Shown here: in pieces, positions 1 to 13,654 of the stretch | Layout: every line of letters begins with the position of its first letter | Position numbering within the stretch: position 1 is the first letter of the stretch | Assembly (NCBI RefSeq): GCF_009914755.1 | Contig: NC_060934.1 | Source of the DNA: the human T2T-CHM13v2.0 reference genome, Homo sapiens | DNA: 64,000 bases | Reading direction: 5' to 3' (one strand) | Translations under genes and position numbers: made by a program | The notes under the pieces: generated by a model | The model's input: the letters and a program-made list of their open reading frames with translations, nothing else | Told to the model about the DNA's origin: nothing | The model's database searches: none

Positions 1-422
1 ATGACCTCTGCTGGAAGAATCATGGGACTGACCATTACCAGAAAGGAAGGAAGGAAAAAGAGGGAGGAAGGAGGAAAGCCCTTGATGGCAACTCAGAGCC
101 CTCTCCTCTGTGAAATGCCAGGCTGATAGAACTATCTGCTTGACTGCCTAGTTTCATTGCCTTTGATTTTTCTTTCCTGATGCCCCCTAGCATGCCTCAC
201 AAGGGTGAAACCAGCCTTCTATCACCCCCAGAAAGCAGAGCTACTATAATCTGATCTTAACCATCCTCTACTTACCATTTGAATGACTTTTTTCAAACAA
301 GGTTTTGGAGAAAAATATTCTATTACTGTATTTTTATATTCAATTTTGGCTTGTTTTATTTTGACAGAGGAAGTGAGTACAGAAGAAACGGAAAAATTGT
401 CATGACAACCATTTAAAAATCA

Positions 423-918
<496 letters not shown>

Positions 919-1529
919 CTATACTGTTGAAAACAATTTCTCCCCTAGTGGAACTTCTCAAGAGTTGGAAAGAATGGTTTGAAAATGAGAAGGTATTTAC
1001 CATTAAACCTGTCTCCTCTTAAATTTCAACAATTTGCTCATGTGACTCCTCTTATCAGATCTTCACCCTTACTCCTCCTATTCCAGATACTCAGGTGCGA
1101 GAAATGCTGGTCATTTCCTCCTCAGCTTCTCCTCTGTCCTACAGACTTTGGGAGAATCTGCTTCTCTCAGTCCTAGGTGCTCAGGTTATAGCAAGGACTG
1201 GGCTTCTCCTCCCCATATATCCACAGCAGACTCCAGGCAAGTTATCAGCTGGACTGGGGCAGTCCAATCTGTTCACTCTGGAAAACTTGAAGATACCCAG
1301 CTCTTAACTGGATGGTGATGTGCACCCAGGGCCACGGTGGTTAGTTTTCAGCACTTGACACAAGACAGTGCAGCAACAGAGCAGAAAGAAGCAAAGATGA
1401 GAAACCATGAGCCGCCAGAGAGACAAAAAAAAGTAGCCTCACTGGTTGACTTCCCATGTCCCAGGTCTAGCCCCTTGTACGACCTGATTCTCCTTTCCAC
1501 CATGGAATCCCAAAGATACCATCCCCTCC

Positions 1530-1772
1530 CCCATCAGTGTCATAACCACCATCATCTTTACCATCATCAGTATGATCTTCACCACCTTCACACCAGCACT
1601 ACTTTCAGCACTATCATCACCATCACCATTTCCACCGTCATCACCATCACCAATCAGTATCATCACCAAAGCCATCAGCACTATCACCATGACACCAGAA
1701 CCATGACCACGATCACCATCAACCATGCCCATCACGACCATCATTACCACCACCATAGCCACCATCACCAGT
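1530..1772. repeat. Degenerate (CAC/CAT)n trinucleotide low-complexity tract
   Basis: Continuous CATCAC/CACCAT-type units; explains the His/Thr-rich and Val/Met-rich pseudo-ORFs on both strands. Confidence 0.9.
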
Positions 1773-2184
1773 TTCTATAGCAACATCCATACTGTCACAC
1801 TATGAGCAAAGTGATCTCTTCTGGATTAAGCTAATTTGAGTGAATTTCTGTTCCATGTAACTAGATGATCCCCTAGTGGACAAAGAAGAAACAGAAAAGT
1901 TGTCGCTGTGAACCATTAAAAATCACAATTTGAATAGAGGTCATAAATGAAGAGGTCCTGAGATTATGATTTCCGAAAGTTAACACGGTGACAAAAATAT
2001 TGACACTAACCCAAAACTCACATGAGAAAAGCATTATGTAAAACATTGGCTTTGGTAGATTTTCATACAGGAAGTCAATAACATTTTGTTTAATTACAAT
2101 TTTGTGAGGGGAATGTCACCACAAGCAAAAGCAAAACCATATTTTGCATTTTTCTTTTTAATACATCCTCACATGCTATGGTAC

Positions 2185-2405
2185 AGCAAAAACTTTATTT
2201 GGAATCAAAACCTGTGGTGCAAGAGGTCCAAGAATAACACTGGGCAAATTTCCTAGCATCTCCCAGCCTCAATTTCCACTTCTGTGAAATGGGGACAATT
2301 GTAATATCTACTTTAAAGGGTTATGGTATTAATAAGAAAACAATTACTATTATTAAATTCTTGTCACTTGTCAAGCCCAGTTCCTGGCACTAAAAATGTA
2401 AGCCA
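2185..2405 (+). mobile_element. MIR SINE fragment
   Basis: Core-like CTGGGCAAATTTCCTAGCATCTCCCAGCCTCAATTTCCACTTCTGTGAAATGGGGACAAT and 3' CAGTTCCTGGCAC. Confidence 0.7.
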
Positions 2406-2694
2406 TTTTCATTTTGCTTTTATTAACCTTTTGTGTCTTTTGCAGAGTCTACCACATGACTGTTTAATTAGTGTTAAGAATACCAGTAAATGAACATTTA
2501 AGTTAGGACGGGGGTAAAATACTGGAGATGGGAAATACACTTTTTGCCATTGAATATACAATGCCCCTCTAAAAAGAGGAGAATCAAACATGGTCATATT
2601 TGTTTAATTTTATGCAAAAACCAAAAGTGCTTTACAGACTGTCTAACGAGTTGCCTTAGGCCTTAGGGAAAATTCCTGTTAAAACTGGACCTAG

Positions 2695-3030
2695 GGCCAA
2701 GTGCAGTAGCTCATGCCTGAAATCCTAGTGATTCAGGAGTCTGAGGTGGGAGGATCTCTTGAGGCTAGGATTTCGAGACCAGCCTGGGCAACATAAGGAG
2801 ACCCCACCTCTACAAAAAAACATTTTTTTAATTAGCTGGGCATGGTGGCATGCACCTGTAGTTGCAGCTACTTGGGAGGCCGAGGTAAGAGGATGACTTG
2901 AGCCCAGGAATTCAGGGATGCAGTGAGCACTGGTCGTGCTACTGCACTCCAGCGTGGGTGACACACAGTGAGACCCTGAGACTCTGTCTCTAAAAAATAA
3001 AAAATATAAGTAAAAAAAGGAAAGAAAGAA
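2695..3030 (+). mobile_element. Alu SINE, AluJ
   Basis: J-type GGAGGATCTCTTGAGGCTAGG and GAGCCCAGGAATTC...GCAGTGAGC; A-rich tail; decayed TSD ending ACCTAG on both sides. Confidence 0.93.
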
Positions 3031-4029
3031 CACAAAAATCCCAACCTAGAGTTCCTGAATTCCTAAATATCTCTGAGTCACCAGAAGCCTGGTTAGGCCT
3101 ATAAAAATACAATGTGGTTATCTCATATAAGGGACAGCAAATATATTATTGACAGTACATTTAAAGCTATTTGTTTCTAGAAAGACACAAATTAAACAAG
3201 GAAAATGTGAATGGCTTCCCTATTCTTAAACCAGATTAGAAATAAATTATAGGTAAATTTAGGCTCACAATAAAATTCAGTATGAAACTGCAAAAGCCCA
3301 AACAGAAAACCCAAACAAATATAACCATCTTCTTAACATTAAAACAAATGTTAAGCCTTTTATTTGTTTCACTGCCTTAAGAATTTTGAGATAAGAATAG
3401 GTATAAGATAAAATTGACACTGAGACCAAGGGCTGCACAGGAGCAAGCTGAGAATGAACAGAAGAGTGGCCGCCCATTCTGAGGACCAAGGGGTCTTGAG
3501 TCCTTAACCATCTTAGTCTCAATCTGAGAACCTTGTACATTCTTGTTAGAGATGAGGCTAATCACAGAAGAAACTACACTCAAATGTCCCCAAGAAGAGG
3601 AGGATGGGGAACTCAGAGAGCTGGCAGTTCCTGATATTGACCCTATTTCATGGTAGGATTCCTTCATCAGCCAGTCCACAAGCATTTCTCCATGTGTTGG
3701 GTTCAGTATATCATCTTTGTGGCACCAGGCCTCACAGTGACAAATTCTAAAAGTGACAAGCAATCAGACTAAGATAGTGCTGCTTTGTCATTGACTGTTC
3801 AAGAGATGGTGGTACCTATGTATTAGTCAATCAATTTAATAAAAATTGTTCTGCCACTGTAAAGTCAGCACTTGACTCTCTCATTTGGGGTGTGTCAAGA
3901 AAGGTCCCTATCCTAATCTTGGAGAGGGTAGAAAATGGGCTGGGGGGTCAGCGTGGGAAACTATACTTCGATGAGTTGACCAATATGGCTGAAGGTGGTA
4001 ATTTTCTACCCGTTATCCACTATTCTCCA

Positions 4030-4430
4030 TTTGCCCAGCTGAAAGATGATATAACCAAGCTTCTCTGACTGCTAGATACAACCATGCAACTAAGTGCTGA
4101 CCCGTAAGATGAAAGCAGATGTCAAGCTTTTGGCATACTCCTTAATGGGATCTTAGTGTTTCTACACTTCTTCATTTCTACTGCCTAGAATACTGATATG
4201 ACTTTTGGAGATTTGACAGCCATCTTGGACCTCAAGGTGATCTTAAGAATGGTTGTCATGTGCTAAGGATGATGGAGTGAAACAACAGAGGAACCTTAGG
4301 TCCTTGTACCTTAGATCTACATTTCCAGACATGGGCTACCTAACTCTGAACTTCTTTTACATGAGAGAAAAAAACCCTAAAATTTTGAAGCCCGCATTAT
4401 CTTGCATTTGCTGTTATTTACAGCTAAAAC
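4030..4430 (+). mobile_element. Old MaLR solo LTR (MLT1I/J-like)
   Basis: Motifs CAGCCATCTTGGACC, GCTAAGGATGATGGAG, CTTCTTTTACATGAGAGAAAAAAACCC and 3' CTGTTATTTACAGCTAAAAC resemble old MLT1 LTRs. Confidence 0.6.
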
Positions 4431-4574
4431 TAGAAGTTATGACCTCTTATTCCTGTTCTGTTTGTATACACACCTAGAACAAAGCTCATTAAGCTGAATT
4501 ATAAAATGACATCTTCACTCCAGTTATCTAAGGTAGCTAATGACAGTCATATGTGAAGGGACTATAGCAGGGCT

Positions 4575-5205
4575 TCTCAGCTAATTCTGCTCACCCCTTA
4601 AGACCCAGCTCAGGGGTTGATATGTTTTGACTCTTTGTCAGCACCCAAATCTCATCTCAAATTGTAATCCCCATAATCCCCATGAGTCAAAGGAAGAACC
4701 TGGTGGGAGGTGATTGGATCATGGAGGCTGTTTCCCCCATGCTGTTCTCATGATAGTGAGTGAGTTCTCATGAAATCTGATAGATTTATAAACACTCTCT
4801 CTCTCACCTGCCACCATGTAAGACATGCCTGCCTCCCCTTCCACCATGACAGTAATTTTCCTGAGGCTTCCCCAGCCATGTGGAACTGTGAGTCAATTAA
4901 ACCTCTTTTCTTTATAAATTATCCACTTTCAGGAAGTTCCTTTTAGCAGTGTGAGAACTGACTAATTCAGGGGTCACCCCGTGAAAACTTCCCTAATTTC
5001 ACCTTCATGCCTGAGCTGCTTAAGGTGCCCTCTGCGCTCCCATTTTATGCCGTGCATGACTATGTCTTAATGTTATGTGCTTGATACATCCACATTCCCC
5101 ATTCCTTGGGGGTAGACACTGTCTTCATTCAGCTTTGTCTTTGCAGGCTCTAACATAGGGCCAGGGATACAGTAGACAGTAGGCACTCAATAAAGATTTA
5201 TAGAA
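4575..5205 (+). mobile_element. L2 LINE 3' fragment interrupted by the THE1 LTR
   Basis: AAGACCCAGCTCAGGGG/TCACC continues across the THE1; 3' end CAGTAGGCACTCAATAAAGATTT is typical of L2. Confidence 0.65.
4618..4969 (+). mobile_element. THE1 (THE1D/MST-like) MaLR solo LTR
   Basis: TGATATG...GACTAATTCA termini; CCCAGCCATGTGGAACTGTGAGTCAATTAAACCTCT; perfect 5-bp TSD GGGGT (4613-4617, 4970-4974). Confidence 0.93.
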
Positions 5206-6344
5206 CTTGGTTATGTTTATCTGTAGCTGCTTTTCAATGATGTTTGGGGCTTTCTTGACTCACTCTAGAGACAAAAATAAAATAGCCCTTACATAAAAAT
5301 GAGTGGAAATGGATGGTTTGTTGTAGATGAGTGATCAACAAAATAAAGACCCTCACATCAGAGAGCTGCCACCTCTGCAGGTAGGGCCATGTTTTGCCCA
5401 CAGTTCATGCTGGCATGATGTAGGGCTCTGTAGATCAGACAAGCAATTAAATTCTGCTTCCTGTGAGTGCAAAATTGGTCACCAAAATAGCTTCATCTCT
5501 TCATGGCATGCATCAAAAGTGTTTGTTTACAGACAGTCGACAGGCTGCTAATTACCTCCTGACACCCTGCGACGACACTCATTCATCTCCCACGCAGGTC
5601 CTGACAACCGTAAAGTGTGTACCTGTCACCCTGACTTACCAAGGAGCAGTTTCTCTGGGTTGAGGCCATTGACCCCACTCCCATTTGAGTGACAGAGATC
5701 AGGCCGTTTCTCACTTCAGGCAGCCTGACCCTTGCACAACCCACTCCAGTTTTTTGTAGGAATCCCTTCAACTAATGAACACTGTGTTCCTTGGGCCAGA
5801 GGTTCCAAATAATTGCTGTGTGATTGTGTATCACAGTTCTCGGCAGCTCATTATGGGAGGGGGAAAAAAAACCTTAGGATCCGAGTGAGTCTAACATCAG
5901 ACAACTCAGTTTTATCTTAATTGAGACACTGAGAACTCCTGAGCCACAAATTCTATTTTTCTCAATTTAGGCTTATAATTCTCCACTCAGTCCATTTATA
6001 ACCTCACTGATTTTAACTTCTTGCCCCCTATTTTGTAGTAATTGATCTAAGAAAGATAATTGAGGTGGGAAAATGGCCTTTAGATATTCCACCTGTTTTT
6101 TAAGTAAGAAGTAGAGGGAGGTCATGGACATTGCATGCCCATGAACCAGGCGGGTATGATAGGTCTTCCATCTCAGCTCTCTCGACCACAAAATGGTAGG
6201 TGGACATCAAGCTCCTTTAGAAATAAAATTTTCCCACTTGGAGTCATATTTCACTGAATACCATATAAAATACATCCTGGGCCAATGCTTGGAGTTGAGA
6301 TGTTCCTGTAGACCGTACTTACACGTTCTCTTCTCCCACCTAAG

Positions 6345-6570
6345 TTCATTCATTAATTTAATAAATATTTGTGGAGTACCTACTATGGGACAGGCACTAT
6401 ACTCAGCCCTGAGGCTATAGCAGAGATTAAGGCCCTGCCCTCAGGGAGCTCACAATCTAGGGCAGAAGACAGACAACAAGCCCCAAACAGGCTGATCCTA
6501 TTATGTCAGGAGCAGACTAATGCTATGAAGAAAATGAAGCATACTGGAAGGACAGAAGATATGAAGAGGA
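6345..6570 (-). mobile_element. L2 LINE 3' end
   Basis: TTCATTCATTAATTTAATAAATATTTGTGGAGTACCTACTATGGGACAGGCACT...GGCCCTGCCCTCAGGGAGCTCACAATCTAG. Confidence 0.8.
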
Positions 6571-6991
6571 AGTGTGTTCTTCAACATTGTCATACATCAG
6601 GAGCATCTGCAGGATTCTGGATAGAGCAGGCAGAACACTTGAAACAGATTTAGCTGAAGACGGTTATATGAATTAAGAGACTACCAAAAATGCTGAAATA
6701 TCAAGCAATGAGCTACAGTGGGAAGCCATTACTTCCGTGGACCTGAAAGAGCTTGGGAGAGGAAGGAATTAACAGGCCACGTGACAGCCTGCTCAGTAGG
6801 AGAGAGAAGGTTGAGACCAAACTCTGAGGCAAGGGCCAAAGCACCAGTGAAGGCCCACACACCACCACTGTAAACATTTCCAAGTGATATTTCAAGCTAA
6901 CAAATTATTAAATAAAATTAGTTCTATTCTCCTGCCTTGGTAAGTATATCTCTATAATGACAAAACAGAAAAATACATGTAAAATTTTAGT

Positions 6992-7592
6992 TGTCTACAA
7001 TACCCCAGTGGATGGCGCTTGGACATGCCAAGTCCTTTAAACTAGAGCCACAGCCTCATAGTCACAGCCCCTCTGACCTTCTCTCACCTCTCCTGAAGTG
7101 CAGGGAGGGGCTTTTCCTGAAGGTCTCTTATCTAAGGGAAGTTCCTCCCTTAAAAGGAATGGGACGGGACAGTTGTGAGTGTTCTTCCTGGGATCTACGT
7201 GAATTGGAGATGATTAAAGGTCTCCATGCCCAGGTCACCACACCCAGACAGACTTTTCACCTCTTCTTCTGAAGGCTCCTACCTAAGGGACTTTTATTTC
7301 TGCATAAGACAGCCTTAGTTCCCAGTGCAGTTCCTCCCCTCACCCTCCCATATCTTGTCACCACCACTCTCCAGCAGCCTTTAAGCTCCTGTTTATTTCT
7401 GTAGCTCAAAATGCTAATTAAGCTTCAACCACCTGGACCTTTTTGAGGCTCATGCTTGTGGGACTCCCATGCATACACATTTAATCAATTTGTATGCGGT
7501 TTCTCCTGCTAATCTGGCTACTGTCAAATTTATTTCTCAGATGTAAGTATCGAAACACCAGAAGGGACAGAGAAGGTTCTCTTGCCCCTACA
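6992..7592 (+). mobile_element. ERV1 solo LTR, MER34-like
   Basis: TG start with ACCCC...ATGGCGCTTGGACATGCC; 3' end CCAGAAGGGACAGAGAAGGTTCTCTTGCCCCTACA typical of MER34/MER39-group LTRs; no clean TSD. Confidence 0.7.
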
Positions 7593-8734
7593 CAACTGAA
7601 TTCATTATTATTACACATCTTGGAGTATTCTGTTGATAGGCAAACAATATTTGAATGAGTAGAAAAACCCTACACGATCCATAAATTTCTATACATTTAA
7701 TCCATACAAGTATTTTCCATGCCTTAATTTCTTCAAACTTACAAATTATGTTTTAAATCAAGCCTTTTAACGTAGTTTATATTGTATTGATGATAATGCC
7801 AAATTAGACATTTCTTGAGTTACTGTAGTTCTTCGGTTCTTAAGTTCATTTATTAACTCAGTTGGGAGAAAGTGAGTTCTGCTGAGGCAGTAGCAATTGG
7901 AATTGCCAACAAAATTCTAAGCAATACTTAAATTCAGAAATAAATCATAAATTTAACATATCATGTTCAAAAATTATAATGAGTTCTCACACGATAAATT
8001 ATTATTCCTTAAAAGATTCAGAACATTTTCAGTTTATTACATAAATCATTCTCACGTATTAAGCAATTTACCTATCTCTTAAAGCAATGTGTGTGTGTGT
8101 ATATAGAGTATTAGTTTTTCTTTTCTCTTTCAAATTTTTCAAAGCTAGACTTTTATAAAGAAAACTGATAATAGTACGAGAATATTCAATTTATTCAATT
8201 TTCTCTTTAATTACAGAAACTGGTTTCAGAATTATTTTATAGAATTCTCTCCTTCATAGTCATGCAAAATTTTTACTTTTGGATTCTAATTTTCTGATAT
8301 GCTTTTTGGAATGTAACTTTACTTTTCCTGATATCCTTTCCATGTGGATTTTTTCTCTTGAAAATTTAAAAATATTTAAAGTTCTTTAAAAAGTAAAAAT
8401 AGAGAAACTATGATCTACTTGACTTTTTTTTTGGTTTGATTTTGCTAACATTATTAACAGCAAGCAATAATTTATAAGAATTGTAACTGACAGTATCACA
8501 AATTCAACACTGATTTTTCATAAAAGACCAAGACGTATTCTTTATTTGAGGACCTCTTGTCATTGCTTAACCATCCAGTGCATCTCTTATCTTGACTAAA
8601 TTAAACCTAAGTGCTTTGAAGTCATCCATTTGGCATTCTATTGTGTGTCTAAAGCAGTCGCAAAGTCAAATTTGACATGTGTTTCATCACAACGTTCCAT
8701 GGTGGGCAGATGCAGAAAATACCATTTTGACCTT

Positions 8735-9453
8735 TGAAGCCACTTTTGCAAAATTATGACAGTAAAAGAAACCTGACATAGTTTACTCCATTTTGCTTCA
8801 AACCTCCAAGCTGTCCTTGATCATTCCTGGGTATAGACCAAGCTGGCCTTGGGAGAAATTTGGTTTATAGTTTAACTTTAAAGCAAGAATGATAGTAGCC
8901 TTTCCCAAAACTCAGCTGCCTTTGTAAAACTAATGAAAGCCCACAAGATTAGGATTACAAGAAGGTCCTGAATTCTGTTAAGATGTAGGCTTAGTTAAAC
9001 AATAACCAGTCATTTCTCCAGAGGTCACAAGATTTGTAACTTCCCCAAGTACTCCCACAGATAACATCACTGTTGTAACACCTAAGACTGGACTTTTGAG
9101 ATGTCTTTCAGACTTTTACATTTCTGATGACCAGCTATCTCCACCTGGACTCATGACTCAGTCCTGTGGACCCTACCCAGAGGCAGACTCAGCACATGAG
9201 GACCATTTTCCACTCCCCTATGATGGCATCCCCAACCAATCAGCAGCACCCATTCTCTAGTCCCCTCTGCCCACCAAGCTATACTTGAAAACCCTACCTC
9301 TTAGCCTTCAGGGAGATGGATTTGAGTAATAACTCCATCTGCCACCTGGGGTGGCCAGATTTATATCAGTTAAATCCTTTACTGCAATGCCATGGTCTTG
9401 GTGAATTGGTTTTGTCTGTGCAGCAGGCAGGAAGAACCCATCAAGGGATTACA
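8735..9453 (+). mobile_element. ERV1 solo LTR, LTR8 family (LTR8A/B-like)
   Basis: TGAAGCCACTTTTGCAAAATTATGACAGT start, AACCTCCAAGCTGTCCTTG, GAAGAACCCATCAAGGGATTACA end; perfect 4-bp TSD CCTT (8731-8734, 9454-9457). Confidence 0.9.
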
Positions 9454-9890
9454 CCTTAGTACAAAAGAATGGCATTGCTTGGAAAAGCTGGGGCCATGTC
9501 TCCTAGTAATAAACGTGTCAGTGCCTGACATGCAAGACCCACTGGAACCAGAATCAGCTGTAGGAGAAGTAAGCAAATGGGTACTGGGCCCTACAGGTGA
9601 TTGACGCCTCATTATGCATGAATCTCCTACATCTCTTAGCATGAGGGGAGGGATCTGACAAGGTTGTTGATCTGTCTTTTCTCTTGCCTGAGAGCTTCAG
9701 CCACTCAAGTCCTCCCCGCTCTGTAATGCAACATCCACCTCTGCCTTGGCAGTGGCACTGCCCCCGAATCCTGATGGCCTTGGGATGAAGTTGCCTTTTG
9801 CTGTCAGAACACAAGAAAGAGACGTGGGGATGTATCCTCTGGGACCTGAAGGACCTTAGTCCTGAGAGCACATGCTTGTGGGTGTGCCAG

Positions 9891-10411
9891 TGTAGGTGAG
9901 GAAAGTCTTTCCTCCCTGTCCTTCTGGGATCTGTGGCTGGGGCTCAAGAATCAGGCTGGTGAAAAACAGATTAACAAGAGTAAAAGCAGTTTTAATTCTG
10001 TATGTGGTATGCATGGGAGTTCACAAAGAAAAATGTAGCTCCAGGAGGTGGCCAGGTGACTGAGGCTTATGCACCATCATAGGCCAAACAAGAGAAAAGG
10101 GGTCTGGGGCTTCTGGGAGCAGGAGAAGCCAGTTCTGGGAAGGCAAGTTGGGGTCATCTTGTTACGCAGCTAAGAGTCTGTCAGGGCATGGGAGTTGTCT
10201 CCAGGAGCAGCTCCCTCCCTGCTACGGAAACAGCTTTACTTTATAAATGTAAATTTCTTTCACAAGAGGGAAAATGTATACTACATTTTTAGGCAGTTAG
10301 GGGGAGGTAAGGAGCTTTTCCAGTGTCTGCTGGTTCTCAGTTGCCTTCAGCTCAAAATAATGTGCATGCCAAACAGACAGATTTTGGGATGACATATTCT
10401 GATACCCTGTG
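9891..10411 (-). mobile_element. ERV1 solo LTR, MER34B-like
   Basis: Reverse complement starts ATCAGAATATGTCATCCCAAAAT...TTTGGCATG...ATTATTTTGAGCTGAAGGCAA and ends CCTCACCTACA. Confidence 0.8.
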
Positions 10412-10822
10412 TAAGCAAGAGAGGCACCATGTGTTCCTTAATGCATTTGTGTGTGTTTGTGACATGAGGAACCTGCTGAGGCATAGGGGATCAGAACAGG
10501 GTTTCCACCTGCCTGGGTTTGTGTTTGGTACAGAAGTGATTGTCACTGAGGGAAGGCAGCACTTACAGAACAGTGTGGGCAAGAAGAGGAGAGAGATGCT
10601 TGTCTTCTCATTGCCCACCCTACCATCTTCCACCAGGCTGAGAAAGCAGAGGGAGAAGCAGCATGGGGAGGTGGGATTCTGGGGCACAGAGTGGGGCAGA
10701 GGGGCTGGAAGGCATGGGGGGTGGTGATTGAAGACCATACTCTGACCTTTTCTTGCTCACATTTCTTTCTAAGGGGCTTAGGAAGTCTCACCTTACAAAC
10801 CATAAAATTTCCTTAAGCAAGA

Positions 10823-11111
10823 TTTTTTTTTTTTTGAGATAGAGTCTCACTCTGTTGCCCAGGCTGGAGTGCAGTGGCGTGACCTCCGATCGCTGCAGGC
10901 TCTGCCTCCTGGGTTCAAGGATTCTCGAGCCTCAACCTCCTGAGTAGCTGGGACTACAGGTGCACGCCACTATGCCCAGCCAATTTTTGTATTTTTTTGT
11001 AGAGACGGCCATGTTGCTCAGGCTGGTCTTGAACCCATGACCTCAAGTGATTCTCCCCACCTTGGCCTCCCAAAGTGCTGGGATTACAGGCATGAGCCAC
11101 TGCACCTGGCC
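10823..11111 (-). mobile_element. Alu SINE (old AluS, Sz-like)
   Basis: Poly(T) then GAGATAGAGTCTCACTCTGTTGCCCAGGCTGG...GAGCCACTGCACCTGGCC; TSD CAAGATTTTT recurs after the THE1 at ~11453. Confidence 0.94.
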
Positions 11112-11447
11112 TGTATTAGTCTGTTCTCATGCTGCTATGAAGAAATACCCAAGACTGAGTAATTTATAAAGGAAAGAGATTTAATTGACTCCCAGTTCCA
11201 CATGGCTGTGGAAGCCTTAGGAAATTTACAACCATGGTGGAAGGCACCTCTTCACAGGGCGACAGGAGAGAGAGAATGAATGCCAGCAGGGAACTCTTAT
11301 AAAACTATGAAATCATGAGAATAGCATGAGGACAACTGCCCCCATGATTCAATTACCTCCTACCAGGTCCCTCCCACAAACCATGGGGATTATGGGATTA
11401 CAATTCAAGATGAGATTTGGGCGGGGACACAAAGCCAAACCATATCA
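11112..11447 (-). mobile_element. THE1 (THE1C-like) MaLR solo LTR
   Basis: TGTATTAGTCTGTTCTCATGCTGCT...AGCCAAACCATATCA; internal CACCTCTTCACAGGGCG; flanks TGGCC / CAGCC. Confidence 0.92.
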
Positions 11448-11614
11448 CAGCCCAAGATTTTTATTGACCCTTCATAATGTGGCCTGTTTCCAACTTGACT
11501 CTGGTATGACATCACCTGAGAGATACCAGACCCGCTTATCTTAACTCAAACATTCCCTTCTACTGACTTGAAGTCTTTAGACAAAGCTTAGCTCTTTCAA
11601 CCAATTGCCAACTA

Positions 11615-11958
<344 letters not shown>

Positions 11959-13446
11959 TAAAGAATCCCTAAACCCACCTATGACCTTTAAGTCCCCATT
12001 TTGAGATGTCCCATCTTTTCTGGGCAAACCAATGTATACCTTCCATGTATTGATTTTACCCACAATTGCTGTCTCCCTGAAATGTATAAAACCAAAGTAG
12101 AACCTGACGGCTTCGGGAGCACCTTCTCAGGGCCTCTTGAGACTCTGTTTTCCTGGGCCATGGTCATTCACATGGCTCAGAATAAACCTCTTTAGCTATT
12201 TTGGCAGAGTTTGGTGTTTGTGCCATCACGACAAACGAAGCAGTGATCACACGGTGCTCATTGTTGGCCTTAGGGAGGCCTCTGGCTTTCACAAGTTTGT
12301 ATTTTCTCCATTTTGGAGAGTGTGAGCAGGAGTTTTGATTCAAAGCTAGGTAAAACAAATCTTCCTCCATCCTGATCTAGCACCTTAGCGGGAGCCAGCC
12401 CAGAAGAGAGTGCTTTACTCTTAGGCCTTCTGGGAGGGGGCAGGCTGAGAGGGCTGCCAGCCGGGCGAGCCCCCGAGAAGAGCCAGGGAGGAAGGCGACT
12501 TCCTGGCAATAGAGGCTCATTACTTCTGTGGCACTCAGGTTGGCCCTTAGAGGGTTCACGGACTTCCTTGGAAAAACTGCTCAGAGCTCTGCGGAAAAAC
12601 CCACACAGTTTCCCCAGCACATAACACCACACATGCAGAGCAGGGTGAAGGGATTTGATTTTTCTCACAGGAAGTGCCTTGATGGAAGGGAAATGGAAGC
12701 CTTTCATTTTTGCATAATTCTGTAAATTATATACATTTTGCCAATTCAGCCCAAATTGGTATTTTCCTCTCCCTGATTCCTATTTCATTTACACATAATA
12801 CTTAACATGCAACTCTGGTTTCCAGACTGCCTGGAGAAAATAGGTTTGCCTCTGCTGTCCTAGCCTCCTGCTGGCTGCGTGCTCCGCGAAGCACCGTGCC
12901 GTCTCGAAGCATTGCTTGTGTGCATATGTGAAGGAACAAGAGCCTGCAGCCATGTTGCTTACAGGGCTTTCCAAGGCTCTCACTTCATGTTAGAGAGGGC
13001 GATTCCCATGCTGAGTATTCATTCGTGTGTCTGAGCAAAGTCAGCCGGAAAGAAGTATTTGTCACAGTGCTGCAGGTCCCAGAGGGAGGCCTGGCCCTCA
13101 TGAGCAGGCTGCAGTGGGGGCTCCACACTACCAGACCTCAGCCTTCCACTGGCCTCTGCTTCTCAAAAAGACCAGAGGCCTTGAGTCTGTGTTCTCCAGC
13201 CACAGCTAAAAGCCCCCCCCGAAACAACCAAGACATTCCCTTATTTGGAACCTGTCTTTGTGGCTCAGCAAGGCAGATATCTGCCTTTTGTCAGCCATTT
13301 GCTATGTCATGAGAAGAACACAGCTGCCAGACAGAGGAAACCCAATTCTTATTGACTCCTGGGAGGTCTTAAGGAATTTATTTCCCCCACCGTGTCTCAG
13401 TTTCTGCAGGTGTACAACCAAAAGCTAGGATCCCCAAGGCCTACAG

Positions 13447-13654
13447 AGTCCAATATGATAGTCACTAGCCACAGGTAGCTATTTAAATTGTGTTTGAATT
13501 AATTAAAATTAAGTAAAAGTGAAAATTCCATTCTTTGGTCAACTAGCCACTTTTCAAGGGCTCAATAGCCACGAGTCACCAGCAACTCCCATACTGGCTG
13601 GTTCAGGTAACAGAACATTTCCATCAAGGCTGGAAGTCCCGTGGGACAGTGCTG
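13447..13654. mobile_element. MER3-like hAT-Charlie non-autonomous element
   Basis: GTCCAATATGATAGTCACTAGCCACAGGTAGCTATTTAAATT...CTCAATAGCCAC...AGAACATTTCCATCA...GGACAGTGCTG. Confidence 0.8.

Larger units (their letters stand above)
6830..9520 (-). pseudogene. Fossil hAT DNA transposon (Tip100/Zaphod-like) with decayed transposase, interrupted by two LTRs
   Basis: Manual minus-strand translation: LLLGDMAQLFQAMPFFCT (~9460-9515), FSASAH-WNVVMKHMSNLTLRLL-DTQ* (~8640-8720), MDDFKALRFNLVKIRDALD (8573-8629), RILLAIPIATASAELTFSQL (7859-7918), SNLALSSI (7785-7808). These match hAT core and C-terminal dimerisation motifs in order, with stops and frameshifts. 6830-6990 resembles a Zaphod/MER115-type end. 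Confidence 0.8.

Noticed and set aside
1337-1780. 147-aa His/Thr-rich ORF and its antisense Val/Met-rich ORF
   Set aside because: Produced by a degenerate CAC/CAT repeat that lacks stop codons; no domain or splice evidence
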